Source: an uncultured Bacteroidales bacterium
GTDB taxonomy: Bacteria > Bacteroidota > Bacteroidia > Bacteroidales > CAIXZF01
NCBI GenBank assembly: GCA_903923925.1
Contig: CAIXZF010000112.1
Span: 18,166 to 82,165, forward strand
Length of the DNA stretch: 64,000 nt
Direction of reading: 5' to 3'
The notes beneath the pieces are model-generated. The model saw only the letters and a list, made by a program, of their open reading frames with translations. It did no database searches and was not told where the DNA came from. Shown here piece after piece: positions 8,776 to 19,446 of this stretch. Within the stretch, counting starts at the first letter, position 1. Every line of letters begins with the position of its first letter. Both the position numbers and the translations under genes were made by a program.

Positions 8776-11700
8776 TTATTTATCAGATGGGAGCGGATCT
8801 TTAAATAATACGCGTAAAAAACTCGGAAACACAAATAAAAGTAATGGTAATCCTGCCAGAAATCCACCGATTACTGCTATTGCCAGTGGTTGTTGCATTT
8901 GTGCTCCCAGTCCGAACCCCATTGCCAGAGGTGTAAGCGCGAGAATTGCACAAATGGCTGTCATTAACTTGGGTCGGATTCGTAATGAAATTGCATAATT
9001 TATTGAATTTTCTACGTTAAGGCCTTTTGTCCGCGACATTAAGAACTGGTTGACAGTAAAAATGGAATTTTCAGCAATAATACCAACAATCATTATAATT
9101 CCGGTGTAACTTCCAACATTAAGCTGAACTCCAGTGATGAAAAGCAACCAGATACTGCCGCCAATACCTGAGATAGAAATAAATATTACAAGGAATGCAA
9201 GGCGAAGATTCCGGAATACTAAAAGTAAAATTATAAAAACCAATACGATAGCAATAATCAGAATTAGGGAAAGTTCATCAAAAGAATCCTGTTGTTTGGC
9301 ATAAGTGCCTCCATAAACCACGTAACATCCATGGGGCAGAGGAACTTCAGTTTTTATCACTTTCTTAATTTCCTGAATAGCACTGCCAATATCACGATTT
9401 TCAAGTCGTGCTGTTACCACGATATTTGATTTAAGATCTTCACGGGTGATTTCAGGATCTCCCTTCGTTAATTCTGCTTTTGAATAGTAAGAAAGTGGTC
9501 TGCTGCTGCCATCGGGTGAAAATATTGGTTGTTTACGTAGTTTTTCGACAGAATTATTCTGAAAATCGGTAAACCTGAGTAAAATTTTAACCATTTGCTC
9601 ACCTTCTTGAATTTGCCCCACTTCAGTTCCCTGATTGTGCATTTTTAACTGTTCATGCAAATCGGAGGTTGAAAGCTTGAATCTGCTTAATACTTTAGCA
9701 TCCGGAATTATTGAAAGTGTTGGACCATCAGTAATGACTCCGTTTTGAACATCAGCGATTCCTTTGATTTTTTCAACAGATACTTGAATTTTTACAGCCA
9801 GTTCGTGTAATATTTTTTGATTGTCCCCGAAAACTTTTATTTCAATCGGCTCAGGTCTTCCTATAAGATCGCCCAGCAGATCGGCAATTCGCTGACCAAA
9901 TTCAATGTTAAGTGCCGGCTCAGATGCAGAAACCTGTTGCCGGATTTCAGAGATTACCGCTTCAGTTTTTCTATTGGTACCTGATTTTAGCTGAATAAGA
10001 TAATCGCCTTCATTTGGTGGGATCACTCCTGATGCCATACTAATGCTTGAAGCCATATTCGTACCGGTGCGCCGCATATAGGTTGATACATCCGGATGGT
10101 GCATTACAATCGTGTCAACCCGCTTAAGAATACTTTCTGAGGCTTCCAGGGAGGTTCCCGGAGGTGTTAAATAATCAAGAACAATAGTCCCTTCATCCAA
10201 AACAGGAAGAAAACCTGTTTCCAATCGGTTTACCAGAAATGCTGAAGAAACGATAAGTAAGATAACAAAGCCAGTCGCAAAAACTGGCTTGTCGAAGAAC
10301 CAGGTTAACCAATGTAGTTTGGCTGTATTTTCTTGAATTTCATTAACTTTAACTTTGTTAGTTAAGGGTTTATAACCAATAATTTCATGCAAAGCAGGTA
10401 ATCCAATCCATGTAACAAAGAAGGAGCAAACCAAGGTAATTTCCATAGTTAGTGTCAGCTCTCTGAAAAAACTTCCTGCAACTCCTGTCATCAGAAAAAA
10501 TGGCAGAAAAATAACGATTGTACTTAACGAGGACCCTATCATTGCCGGGAATAGTTCGTGCATGGTCTGGAGCACTGCTTCATGATTGCTTATCCCGGGA
10601 TTTTCCTCATGAATTCTATGTAACTGTTCAATTATAACGATTGCATCGTCAATTATTAATCCTATTGAAGCTGCAATTGCACCCAGCGACATTATATTCA
10701 GAGTTATTCCCCACAAGGGAAGTAAGGCAAAAGAAAGAGCGAGGGTTACAGGAATAATTAGTATTATATTCAAACTTGCCCTGAAGGATTTCAGAAAGAA
10801 AATTACAACGATAATTGCCATAATCAGCCCTTCAATAATACTGCGCAATACACTGTCAATTGAATTCGTGACGAATGTAGATTGATTATAATATGTTTTT
10901 AATATCATTCCTTTGGGCAAGGCGTTCTGGATCGCAATTGCCTCTTTTTGCACATCAGCCGAGAAATCTAAAAGGTTTATACCTTTCTGTTTAATTAAGT
11001 CGATTGTGATAGCATCATGTCCGTTTGCATTGATTCGGATGAATTCCTGTTGTTCGTGGATATCTACTTTGCTGATATCTGAAACCTTGATAATCCTGCG
11101 GCCATCATTTTTAATGACAAAATCTTTCAGGTCTTTTATATCATTAAATCTAGCATCAGTTATACTTAGGTAAAGCCTGCGAAAGTCGGGTAAAAGGCCG
11201 TTTGATTCCACAAAGTTTCCGCTTTTTAAGGCTTCTGAAAGACTCATTGGCGATATTCCAAGTTCTGTCAGCCTTTTTGGATCAGGTGTGACCACATATT
11301 CCTTTGTTTTTCCACCTCTTACTACCACATTCGACATTCCGGGAACCACAGATAAACGCGGACGAACATAATAAAGAGCAGTTTTTCGCAATGCTATAGG
11401 ATCACTCTCATCACTTTCTAAAGTATAACCCATAACAGGATAAATACTTTGTCCCATGGTTTCCACAATGATATTCGTGCCTGGCGGCAGTTCATTCTTA
11501 ATCTCGTCGATTCTGGCTCCAAGTTGCGTTTTAGCAAGTTCAATATCTGAACTCCAGTCAAAATAGGCCTCAATAGTGCAACTTCCGCGATTTGTGCTGC
11601 TTTTCACAGTTTGAATACCATTGACGCGTTTTATAGCAATTTCCAGTGGCTGAGTAACAGTAACCATCATTTTATCGACTGGCTGCTCACCATTATCGGC

Positions 11701-11844
11701 AATAACAGTAATCTTTGCAAAAATTATATCGGGAAACAAGGTTGTATGCATGCTGTAGAAGCGGTATCCACCCAAAGCAAGCAATAACAAAAGCAGAACC
11801 AATATCGGTTTCTGGTATACCCGGTGATAATTCCAATGAAGCAT
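8776..11844 (-). CDS. RND efflux transporter permease (AcrB/CzcA family)
   Basis: 1022 aa with two blocks of TM helices separated by large periplasmic loops. Its start codon abuts the stop of the MFP gene. Confidence 0.9.
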   Translation of the reverse strand: MLHWNYHRVYQKPILVLLLLLLALGGYRFYSMHTTLFPDIIFAKITVIADNGEQPVDKMMVTVTQPLEIAIKRVNGIQTVKSSTNRGSCTIEAYFDWSSDIELAKTQLGARIDEIKNELPPGTNIIVETMGQSIYPVMGYTLESDESDPIALRKTALYYVRPRLSVVPGMSNVVVRGGKTKEYVVTPDPKRLTELGISPMSLSEALKSGNFVESNGLLPDFRRLYLSITDARFNDIKDLKDFVIKNDGRRIIKVSDISKVDIHEQQEFIRINANGHDAITIDLIKQKGINLLDFSADVQKEAIAIQNALPKGMILKTYYNQSTFVTNSIDSVLRSIIEGLIMAIIVVIFFLKSFRASLNIILIIPVTLALSFALLPLWGITLNIMSLGAIAASIGLIIDDAIVIIEQLHRIHEENPGISNHEAVLQTMHELFPAMIGSSLSTIVIFLPFFLMTGVAGSFFRELTLTMEITLVCSFFVTWIGLPALHEIIGYKPLTNKVKVNEIQENTAKLHWLTWFFDKPVFATGFVILLIVSSAFLVNRLETGFLPVLDEGTIVLDYLTPPGTSLEASESILKRVDTIVMHHPDVSTYMRRTGTNMASSISMASGVIPPNEGDYLIQLKSGTNRKTEAVISEIRQQVSASEPALNIEFGQRIADLLGDLIGRPEPIEIKVFGDNQKILHELAVKIQVSVEKIKGIADVQNGVITDGPTLSIIPDAKVLSRFKLSTSDLHEQLKMHNQGTEVGQIQEGEQMVKILLRFTDFQNNSVEKLRKQPIFSPDGSSRPLSYYSKAELTKGDPEITREDLKSNIVVTARLENRDIGSAIQEIKKVIKTEVPLPHGCYVVYGGTYAKQQDSFDELSLILIIAIVLVFIILLLVFRNLRLAFLVIFISISGIGGSIWLLFITGVQLNVGSYTGIIMIVGIIAENSIFTVNQFLMSRTKGLNVENSINYAISLRIRPKLMTAICAILALTPLAMGFGLGAQMQQPLAIAVIGGFLAGLPLLLFVFPSFLRVLFKDPLPSDK

Positions 11845-12762
11845 TTATGGTCTTTTGATAATGTTAACGCGAACGGTATCTTCCAATCCGTAATTTCCTG
11901 AAGCCAGAATCCGATCTGTGCCTGAAAAAATTGGCTCAAGAATCTCCGCTTTTTCGTTTTGTATAATTCCTGGTTTTACCTGGACTTTAATTGCAGTGGA
12001 ATCATTGATGAGCATCATAACCCAAAAAATGTTTTGTGTTTCATTGCATAAGAGGGCAGCTTTTGGCAATACAGTGGCCTTTTGTTTTATACTGTTCTCA
12101 ATAAGAAGCCGGCAATTCATGTTCTCAGGGAGACTTACTGATGATAATGGCGTTACAATAAATCTCTGGGTTTGTGTTTCCTGATCAACTGCACTAAGCT
12201 GACTACTTACCTTTGCCTGCAGCTTACGAGAATCTGGCAGCAAAATCTGGCAGTTTTGCCCGGGTTTGATGCTGTTGATGTTTTCTGTGGGAATATTGGC
12301 AAGAAATATGAGGCTTGAAGGTGATGCAAGGTTGGTTAATTCATCATTTTCCGTAATATAATCACCGGACTGCCGTGTAAGCGAGGCTACTATTCCAGAG
12401 ATTGGAGCAAATACTTTCACACTTCCATTAAATTGAATGCCTGTATCCGTTTTCGTTCTTAAAAGTGCATTGGATTCCTTGGTGCGGATTGTGAACATCA
12501 GTTTCCCTTTTGAAATCTCGTCTCCGGTTTTGCAGAATACATCATCAATATAACCTGTAACCGGCGATTTTATAGTGCTTTTTTTCAGAAATGCAGTGCT
12601 CGCCGGATATTCAACAATCAAACTCATAGATTCAACAGTAATGTTACAAACACTTGCTGTTGTTTTTGGGACGACCTCTTTTTCGGCTTCTTCCAATTGG
12701 TGCTTACAGGCAACAATTCCAAGGATTGTTAAAAACAATAGACCAGGTAAGTAATTTTTCAT
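11845..12762 (-). CDS. RND efflux membrane fusion protein (HlyD/AcrA family lipoprotein)
   Basis: 305 aa. It has a lipoprotein signal (LTILGIVAC) and a biotinyl-lipoyl-like hairpin (SPVTGYIDDVFCKTGDEISKGKLMF ... APISGIVASL). It sits between the TolC-like and RND genes. Confidence 0.8.
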   Translation of the reverse strand: MKNYLPGLLFLTILGIVACKHQLEEAEKEVVPKTTASVCNITVESMSLIVEYPASTAFLKKSTIKSPVTGYIDDVFCKTGDEISKGKLMFTIRTKESNALLRTKTDTGIQFNGSVKVFAPISGIVASLTRQSGDYITENDELTNLASPSSLIFLANIPTENINSIKPGQNCQILLPDSRKLQAKVSSQLSAVDQETQTQRFIVTPLSSVSLPENMNCRLLIENSIKQKATVLPKAALLCNETQNIFWVMMLINDSTAIKVQVKPGIIQNEKAEILEPIFSGTDRILASGNYGLEDTVRVNIIKRP

Positions 12763-12774
12763 AAGTCCGATCTT

Positions 12775-14028
12775 CTAAAGGATTATTGAATTAAGTGCAT
12801 TAATGAGTCTTAAAGATGCAGCCTCCATGCTATTTAGGGCTTTCCTGCTTTCATTTAATGATCTCATTGTCAGGATGTAGTCAGTTATAGAAATAGTTCC
12901 AAAAGTCAATTGTTGTTTCTCAAAATTAAGTTCGTTTTCCAGCATTACGATTTTTTGCTTCTGATTTAGGATAATACTCTCTTTATGCCTGATATCTGCT
13001 TTAATCATTTCTTTTCGCTGCGAATATTGATTTTCAAAGAAATTACGGTAAGCAGAACGTGTTTCTCTATTGATATTCAGTTTATTAAGTTCGTGAGCTC
13101 GTTGATTCCCATCATAAATTGGAATAACTACATTCAATCCGAAGCTAAACCCAAAAAGCTGGTATACCGTGGATAGGGGAGAAGTGTTTAAACCTGCATC
13201 AGCAAACCAACTTAAACCAGGCTTATATTTCATCTGCAATGTTGTTATTGCATTGTTAATCTGGAGGCTGTCAATGTGAAACTGATTAAGAATTAGAAGT
13301 TTTGTGAAATCTTCGCTGACAACCATTTTAAATTCAGGCTTTTCCGGAATAAAAAATGTAGTATCTGCAATGCCGCATATAAGATTCAGCATGTATTGAT
13401 CTTGTAGAAATTGATTTTGCTGTTGTTTAAGATCGATTTCAAGTGCTTTCATTTCAATTTGTAACCTGATATAATCCCGTTCAGTCATCACACCCGTCTC
13501 CACAAGTGTTTTCATCAGTTTAACCTCCTCCTGAACAAGTGTAAATTCAGTTGAAGTCAATTTATACGTTGTGTAATTTTCCCAATACGTTATGTACTGA
13601 TCTCCAATGCTTTTCTTAAGTTCCTCCTTGCTCAGTCCATTGTGGTTTTCCAGTGATTTCTGCTGTATTTCAATGCCATTGTATTGATTTTTCAGGATAT
13701 TGTCATTAAAAATTGATTGGGATATACCTATCATTGCTGCGTAAATTCCTCCATTACTCAAGGCCTCATCGTAACCATATCCCTTCCATGTGGGAGACAG
13801 TGCAAACTGTCCAATACCTTTTACCTGCGGGCTTTGTCCTGCAATAATAAGCAGGCTGTCAATGGAAAGTGCTTTTTTTTGATCCTTGTAATCTTTTAAG
13901 AGTGGGCTGTTTGATAAACCTGCATTAATATAAAAATCCAGATTTATTTTAGTAATCTGCGAAGAGGCTGATCTCAGAAAAGCCAGTAACAAGAGGGTAA
14001 TAACCAGAAAAAGGACTCGGAACTTCAT
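12775..14028 (-). CDS. TolC-like outer membrane efflux protein
   Basis: The track start 14070 is TTG. ATG at 14028 gives the signal peptide MKFRVLFLVITLLLLAFL. The protein is coiled-coil rich and duplicated like an OEP, and it is the first gene of the TolC-MFP-RND order typical of Bacteroidota. Confidence 0.75.
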   Translation of the reverse strand: MKFRVLFLVITLLLLAFLRSASSQITKINLDFYINAGLSNSPLLKDYKDQKKALSIDSLLIIAGQSPQVKGIGQFALSPTWKGYGYDEALSNGGIYAAMIGISQSIFNDNILKNQYNGIEIQQKSLENHNGLSKEELKKSIGDQYITYWENYTTYKLTSTEFTLVQEEVKLMKTLVETGVMTERDYIRLQIEMKALEIDLKQQQNQFLQDQYMLNLICGIADTTFFIPEKPEFKMVVSEDFTKLLILNQFHIDSLQINNAITTLQMKYKPGLSWFADAGLNTSPLSTVYQLFGFSFGLNVVIPIYDGNQRAHELNKLNINRETRSAYRNFFENQYSQRKEMIKADIRHKESIILNQKQKIVMLENELNFEKQQLTFGTISITDYILTMRSLNESRKALNSMEAASLRLINALNSIIL

Positions 14029-14111
14029 ACTATATAACACGAATGTAAATTTCGTAAAAGTAAGTTGCAAAAATCAAAAGTACTCAGATAAACATTCAAA
14101 CTATTATCTCC

Positions 14112-15947
14112 TTATTCTTTACAAAAGAGAACCCGAATCGATTTTCGAACAGCATTCGTAAGAATAATTTCATCAGCTTCAAGTAAATCATGTTTGTAAA
14201 GAATCTTTTCTTTATGTGTATAACTTTGATTATTAAGAAGATATTCTCTGTAAACTCCATTGAGAAGGCCACTTTGAACAGGAGGTGTCAGCCAGATATT
14301 ACCTTTTCGTATGAAAATATTTGCAAAAGAACCTTCAGTAATTTCATCCTTTTCATTCAAAAACAGAACATCAAAAAATCCCTTTTCATTGTATTTCTTT
14401 AATTCTGAAGCATACATTTCTCTCCTTGAGGTTTTGAAATACTGGAAAACACTTGCTGATGAAACTACTTTTTCTGAAAATGTAATTTTAGGATCTTTAG
14501 GCGGTTTTGAAAATGGCTTAACCTCTAATTCAATAGCACCCCATTTGTAAAGAATTATTCGAAGATAAAATTGATCGCCAACCTGGTTTAGAATTCCTTG
14601 GTTCTCAATTTCTGCAAGTATTTTAAGTTTGTCATAAATAAAAAGAAAATATTCTGCTGCTTTTCTCAATCTTTCAAGATGTTCATGGAGAAGGTAAAGT
14701 GTGCCATTTTCAATCAGCACAGATTCAAACAAGTAAAATTTCTTTTGCTGAAGTGTTAGAAAGTTCCCTTTTAATAAACATTCTTCATATTCCTTTTCTG
14801 CATCGCTATCCCAAACAACTCCACTGCCAATGCCCATTTCAGCTGCTCCTGATTTTATATCAATCTCAATGGTCCTGATTGGGATATTGAAGCTAAATTT
14901 AGTGTCAACCCCCATAAAAATTGTTCCAGTATAAATTCCACGGGGTCCATTTTCAAGCTCTTTAATTATTTCCATTGTTCTGATCTTCGGTGCTCCGGTA
15001 ATTGAACCACAGGGAAATAAAGATAAAAAAACATCCCAAAGACTTGTTTGCTCAGTTGTTGTTGCATTTAGAGTCGATATCATCTGAAACAGACTCTCAT
15101 ACTTCTGTATTTCAAAGAGTAAATCAGCTGAGACCTGCTGAATCCCCGGAATCCGACTCATGTCATTCCTGATCAGATCAACTATCATAATGTTCTCAGC
15201 CTTGTCCTTTATACTTGTAAATAGCTCTTCTTTATTCGCTTTGTCAGTTTCTGAATTATGACCTCTTTTTTGAGTTCCCTTCATGGGGTGACTTACAATT
15301 GAATTTCCGTTTTTCTCAAAAAAAAGTTCCGGGGAAAATGTTAAAATGAGCTTTTTACCAGTATTAATAATTGCTGTATATCTGGCCGATTGTCTGAAAG
15401 CAAGATCAATGAAGAGCTGTGACAAACTCCCGCTGATTGTAAATTTTGATTTAATTGTATAGTTTACCTGGTAAGTGTCACCTTCGGAGATGTAATTCTT
15501 TATTTTTTTGATTGCCGCAATATAATCTTCTCTGCTAGTATTCAGGCTAAAATTTTGAATACTGATAGTTTCTTCATCATCATTAGTTGCAGGCCACTGA
15601 AGATCTTGAGATACAATTCTTTGAGCTGTATCGTAAAAGAATATTCTACCATCTTCTGTATTGGCTGGAATATCTGATTGAACTCTTCTGGAACTATTTT
15701 GAAAGTCATCAATTAAATATGAAGCTTCATATGGAACTAGCCCAAAACAGGCCTTTCCTTTCTTTACTTCACTATCTGCCAGTTCAATGCCTGTTTTTAG
15801 TGAATCTTTATCAACAATGGACTTTACCTCTTTTACACCTTCGAAAACATATGAAATGGCATCTTTGTAAAATGCAGGAGTATAAAAAAATGCTGAATAC
15901 GGCGTTTCTATTATCTTTTTAAGTATGGATTCAATAGTATAATTCAT
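14112..15947 (-). CDS. pabB: Aminodeoxychorismate synthase component I fused to a class IV aminotransferase-like (PabC-type lyase) domain
   Basis: 611 aa. Chorismate-binding motifs SHPMKGTQKRG, CGSITGAPKIRTMEII and GIGSGVVWDS are present. The C-terminal ~200 aa (LFESVLIENGTLYLLHEHLERL ... EGSFANIFI) look like the ADC lyase / BCAT fold. Confidence 0.85.
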   Translation of the reverse strand: MNYTIESILKKIIETPYSAFFYTPAFYKDAISYVFEGVKEVKSIVDKDSLKTGIELADSEVKKGKACFGLVPYEASYLIDDFQNSSRRVQSDIPANTEDGRIFFYDTAQRIVSQDLQWPATNDDEETISIQNFSLNTSREDYIAAIKKIKNYISEGDTYQVNYTIKSKFTISGSLSQLFIDLAFRQSARYTAIINTGKKLILTFSPELFFEKNGNSIVSHPMKGTQKRGHNSETDKANKEELFTSIKDKAENIMIVDLIRNDMSRIPGIQQVSADLLFEIQKYESLFQMISTLNATTTEQTSLWDVFLSLFPCGSITGAPKIRTMEIIKELENGPRGIYTGTIFMGVDTKFSFNIPIRTIEIDIKSGAAEMGIGSGVVWDSDAEKEYEECLLKGNFLTLQQKKFYLFESVLIENGTLYLLHEHLERLRKAAEYFLFIYDKLKILAEIENQGILNQVGDQFYLRIILYKWGAIELEVKPFSKPPKDPKITFSEKVVSSASVFQYFKTSRREMYASELKKYNEKGFFDVLFLNEKDEITEGSFANIFIRKGNIWLTPPVQSGLLNGVYREYLLNNQSYTHKEKILYKHDLLEADEIILTNAVRKSIRVLFCKE

Positions 15948-16519
15948 ACAGATAACCAGTTACTTAACATTGTTATTCCATGTTCTGTAAGAACAGATTC
16001 CGGATGAAATTGAACACCCTCCAAAGGATGGGTTTTATGCCGTATTCCCATAATAACTCCATCTTCTGTTGTCGAGCTGATTTCAAACATTTCTGGTAAA
16101 TTTTTTTTCTCAAGCTCCAGAGAATGATATCGCATCACCTGAAAATTTTGAGGCAGTTCATTGTAAATAGTTTTTTTATCATGATGAATACAGGATGTTT
16201 TACCATGAAAAGGATGACTGCTTTTTTTAACTGAAGCACCCAAAACCATTCCTATTGCCTGATGTCCTAAACAAACACCAAGGATAGGAATATCGACCTG
16301 AAATTCTTTAATAATAGCGGGGCAGATTCCTGAATTTTCGGGTTTTCCCGGGCCTGGTGATAAAATTATTCCATCTGGTTTTAAATCCCATATTCTGGTA
16401 ATGTCAATTTGATTATTCCTTCTGAAAATAACTTCACACTTCAACTCCCTGGAAAGGATATACCATAAATTCCAGGTAAAAGAATCATAATTATCAACAA
16501 GTAGTATTTTCTTAAGCAT
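15944..16519 (-). CDS. pabA: Aminodeoxychorismate/anthranilate synthase glutamine amidotransferase component II
   Basis: 191 aa. Shows the class I GATase triad context GVCLGHQAIG and FHPES. Its TGA stop overlaps the pabB ATG (ATGA). Confidence 0.85.
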   Translation of the reverse strand: MLKKILLVDNYDSFTWNLWYILSRELKCEVIFRRNNQIDITRIWDLKPDGIILSPGPGKPENSGICPAIIKEFQVDIPILGVCLGHQAIGMVLGASVKKSSHPFHGKTSCIHHDKKTIYNELPQNFQVMRYHSLELEKKNLPEMFEISSTTEDGVIMGIRHKTHPLEGVQFHPESVLTEHGITMLSNWLSV

Positions 16520-17016
16520 TAATCTTTATCCTCACCCTCCTGGTTTTCCACATTAGCAGGTTTCATGGCGCCAGTATTTGTGTAAAACTCTGTATGTCTG
16601 ATCTTTCCTCCTAGATAAGCTGTTCTGGAAATAATTCCTATGCCAATAAGAACCAGAATTAGCACGACAATTGTGAATTTTTTCAGATTTTTATTTTCTT
16701 TCAATGCCCAAATAAAGCCCTGAACCGATAATAAGGCTACAATGCCAATGCAGAATATTGCAAACCCTGCTGCTTCTTCATGTTCACCAATTGCCCTGGT
16801 GGCCACTCCTGCGATACCTTTTACGGCATCTTCGGCTGGTTCTCCGGTAAAATATGCAATTATACCACCAATACCAGCAAAGACCAATGCCAGATAACCG
16901 CCACTCATTATTCCAGCATTTTTACGAATCAAACCATAAAAAAGAATAAGTCCGCCAAAGAAAAAACCTAATAAAGGAACGTGATTGCTTAATAAATGTA
17001 AATGTGCTGTAAACAT
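16519..17016 (-). CDS. Small 4-TM membrane protein with His-rich N-terminus (function unknown)
   Basis: 165 aa with four hydrophobic spans. Conserved-looking H/E positions are HLHLLSNHVP, GEPAEDA, GEHEEA and GGKIRH. Its TAA stop shares one base with the pabA ATG. Confidence 0.5.
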   Translation of the reverse strand: MFTAHLHLLSNHVPLLGFFFGGLILFYGLIRKNAGIMSGGYLALVFAGIGGIIAYFTGEPAEDAVKGIAGVATRAIGEHEEAAGFAIFCIGIVALLSVQGFIWALKENKNLKKFTIVVLILVLIGIGIISRTAYLGGKIRHTEFYTNTGAMKPANVENQEGEDKD

Positions 17017-17034
17017 AATTGTCTATTTTAAATT

Positions 17035-19353
17035 TTATCGTGTAACATTAGCCCGTATAAATATTGGCAATTCTCCCCTTGGAATATTTGCCTTAATTGA
17101 AATATTTTCTGTTTGTTCGCCTGATTTATGATTTGAATCAAAATATACAGTGATTACGGCTGAACCTCCTGGTTTGATTTCCTCTTTGGGCCAATCAACA
17201 ATTGTGCAGCCACATGAAGTTTCAAGCGCAAATATCCTCAATGCTGCTGAACCGGTATTTGAAATGGTAAAATCGTGCGATGGCCGGCTGCCGGCCCTTA
17301 TTGTACCGAAATCAAAGAATTCTTCATTGAGTTTTATTGTGGTTTTTGATTGTTCTGTTGAAGCCGGAGTCGACTTAATCGATGCAATTTTTGACTTGTT
17401 TTCTGTTGATTCGTAATATAATACCTGAATTCTTCTTTCCAAAGCAGCTGCCCGGCTGTAAACAGAATTGCGCTTGTCCTGAGGGTTGTCGCTTACCAGT
17501 GCATTTGCTTGTTCTTTACCTATTGGCTCCTCCAAAAGAATCAGCCTTCCGTTGATGGAGTCCTTTTTATCCAGATAAGTGGCAATAATTCCATCCTGGT
17601 ATTCTCTGAAAAAATTTACAAGACTTTCAATACGTCTTTGTGCAAGGTTTTTGTTATATTCCTTTGTATTTAACGGGCTTGTATATCCTTTTATAGTAAT
17701 CTTGATATCACTGCCTGCTTTGAGATCCTGGAGTAAAAGACCTGAAAACTGTTCAAGTTTCACCAGACCGTCAATAACTTTCGCTTCAAAGAATTCATTA
17801 ATCTCAGTTTCTGCATTCTTTTTGTCATTTCCTTTTAACCCCTTGCCGTATTCCTGTATGTATTTCTGTTTCAAAAGATAATACTCAGCTGCAGTCGTTT
17901 TGTAATTTTTATCTGTAGTTAATTTCGTAGTAGATGGATCTGGTTGGTCATTGTCAAAATACAATGTTAAGGGTAATAACTGCCTGATACTTGATATCAG
18001 GCTGATTGTATCTTTGTTAACTATATCCTGTTTAACAATAGTTTTCTTTGGTTCAAATTTGTAACTGTAAATATCATTGCAACAGGTGCTGCTTTTGATA
18101 AAAAAGGAACCTGGCCGGTTTGATGTAAAAAAGCCTGAAGAATCGCGCTGATTAACAGTGAAGTACAGGTCATTGTAACTTGTATTGAATGGTCGTCCAA
18201 TGTTTACGGGTTCCCCCCATTGATTATATCCGCCTTTGGTCTTGAAAATATCATAGCCTCCAAATCCTTTGTGCCAATCGGAACTAAAATATAGTGTGGA
18301 AGTTTTATTGTCAAAAAAAGGAGTCAGCTCATCGCCGGGAGTGTTAACCGGGCTTCCAAGGTTGGATGGATCAAGAACTCTGCTTCTCTTGACAATAGCA
18401 TACCAAATATCCCGGCCTCCCTGTCCGCCAGGGCGATCCGAAACAAAATACAAAACATCATCTTTCTCAGCATGCGCAATGCTAGCCTGAGTGGTGGTAT
18501 AACCAGGTACGTTTATTCTTTCGTCTAATTTTACTGCTTTTTGCCATTTTCCGCTTCTTATCCTTGTCATATAAAGTGCACAACGGTTTATTGGCCCTGG
18601 TAAATCCTCACATCTGGCAAAAAAAGCAGTCCTATGGTCAGAGGAAAGGCAAATGTTGCTGTTATGAAATCCTGGTTCATTAATACGGTTACTCAATGCA
18701 TTGACAGGCGAAAAACCAGCAGGCGTAATTCTTGATTCATAGATCTTGGCGAGATATGAGCCTGGCTCAAGACTTTCGTAATTCTCATACTTTTCGTCGA
18801 GCCTCAGCGATGAAAACAGTAAAAGACTGTCTTTCAATTGAACAGCACCAAAATCAGCATATGGAGTATTTATTATTCTTCCCAGGTGCTCTGTTTTAAC
18901 AGGAATACTGTCGGCAGATGCAACAATTGCCCACTTGCAGGATTCAATTTCCTGCTTTGCCCTTTTTATCAGGAGATTTTTTGGATCCGTATTTTCTTCA
19001 ACATATCTGGTAAATGAAATGGAAGCATCCTCATATTTTGCCAGATTCTTTGCCATCATGGCCTGCCAGAAGAGGGCATCTGCATAATGTTTCTTTTCGT
19101 CATTCTCTACAACAACAGAAAACCATTTTTCCGCAACAGGGTAATTGTTAAACATCTTACATGCGTCAGCATATTTATAGGCAAGCCTTATTTTGGTGCT
19201 GTCCTGAATTAATGCCTGGTAATAATATTTTGAAGCACTGTAGTAATCTCCATTATCATAAGCTTTATCACCCTTACTAATGTACTCATTAATTGATTGA
19301 CAATATGCAGTATAGCTTATAAATGAAAAAAGGAACACAATTATAAACCGCAT
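17035..19353 (-). CDS. PorE-like OmpA family protein (TPR + PD40 beta-propeller repeats + OmpA_C-like + DUF1573-like)
   Basis: The track start 19419 is TTG. ATG 19353 gives the signal peptide MRFIIVFLFSFISYTAYCQ. It has TPR-like helices, PD40 repeats (GGRDIWYAIV ... PVNTPGDELTPFFDNKTSTLYFSSDWHKGFGGYDIF), an OmpA_C-like block (ITIKGYTSPLNTKEYNKNLAQRRIESL) and a C-terminal LETSCGCTIVDWPKEEIKPGG. Confidence 0.7.
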   Translation of the reverse strand: MRFIIVFLFSFISYTAYCQSINEYISKGDKAYDNGDYYSASKYYYQALIQDSTKIRLAYKYADACKMFNNYPVAEKWFSVVVENDEKKHYADALFWQAMMAKNLAKYEDASISFTRYVEENTDPKNLLIKRAKQEIESCKWAIVASADSIPVKTEHLGRIINTPYADFGAVQLKDSLLLFSSLRLDEKYENYESLEPGSYLAKIYESRITPAGFSPVNALSNRINEPGFHNSNICLSSDHRTAFFARCEDLPGPINRCALYMTRIRSGKWQKAVKLDERINVPGYTTTQASIAHAEKDDVLYFVSDRPGGQGGRDIWYAIVKRSRVLDPSNLGSPVNTPGDELTPFFDNKTSTLYFSSDWHKGFGGYDIFKTKGGYNQWGEPVNIGRPFNTSYNDLYFTVNQRDSSGFFTSNRPGSFFIKSSTCCNDIYSYKFEPKKTIVKQDIVNKDTISLISSIRQLLPLTLYFDNDQPDPSTTKLTTDKNYKTTAAEYYLLKQKYIQEYGKGLKGNDKKNAETEINEFFEAKVIDGLVKLEQFSGLLLQDLKAGSDIKITIKGYTSPLNTKEYNKNLAQRRIESLVNFFREYQDGIIATYLDKKDSINGRLILLEEPIGKEQANALVSDNPQDKRNSVYSRAAALERRIQVLYYESTENKSKIASIKSTPASTEQSKTTIKLNEEFFDFGTIRAGSRPSHDFTISNTGSAALRIFALETSCGCTIVDWPKEEIKPGGSAVITVYFDSNHKSGEQTENISIKANIPRGELPIFIRANVTR

Positions 19354-19446
19354 TCCCGGGATTAGCAAACGTATATTTTTAGTGCGTCTATACAAATCAA
19401 CTCTTTCAAAAGAGAACAAAAAATTGTGTTCAGGTTTATTGTAATC

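Noticed and set aside
8776-14028. TolC-MFP-RND operon as a candidate novel system
   Set aside because: It has the canonical tripartite efflux architecture and gene order for Bacteroidota. Only the substrate is unknown.
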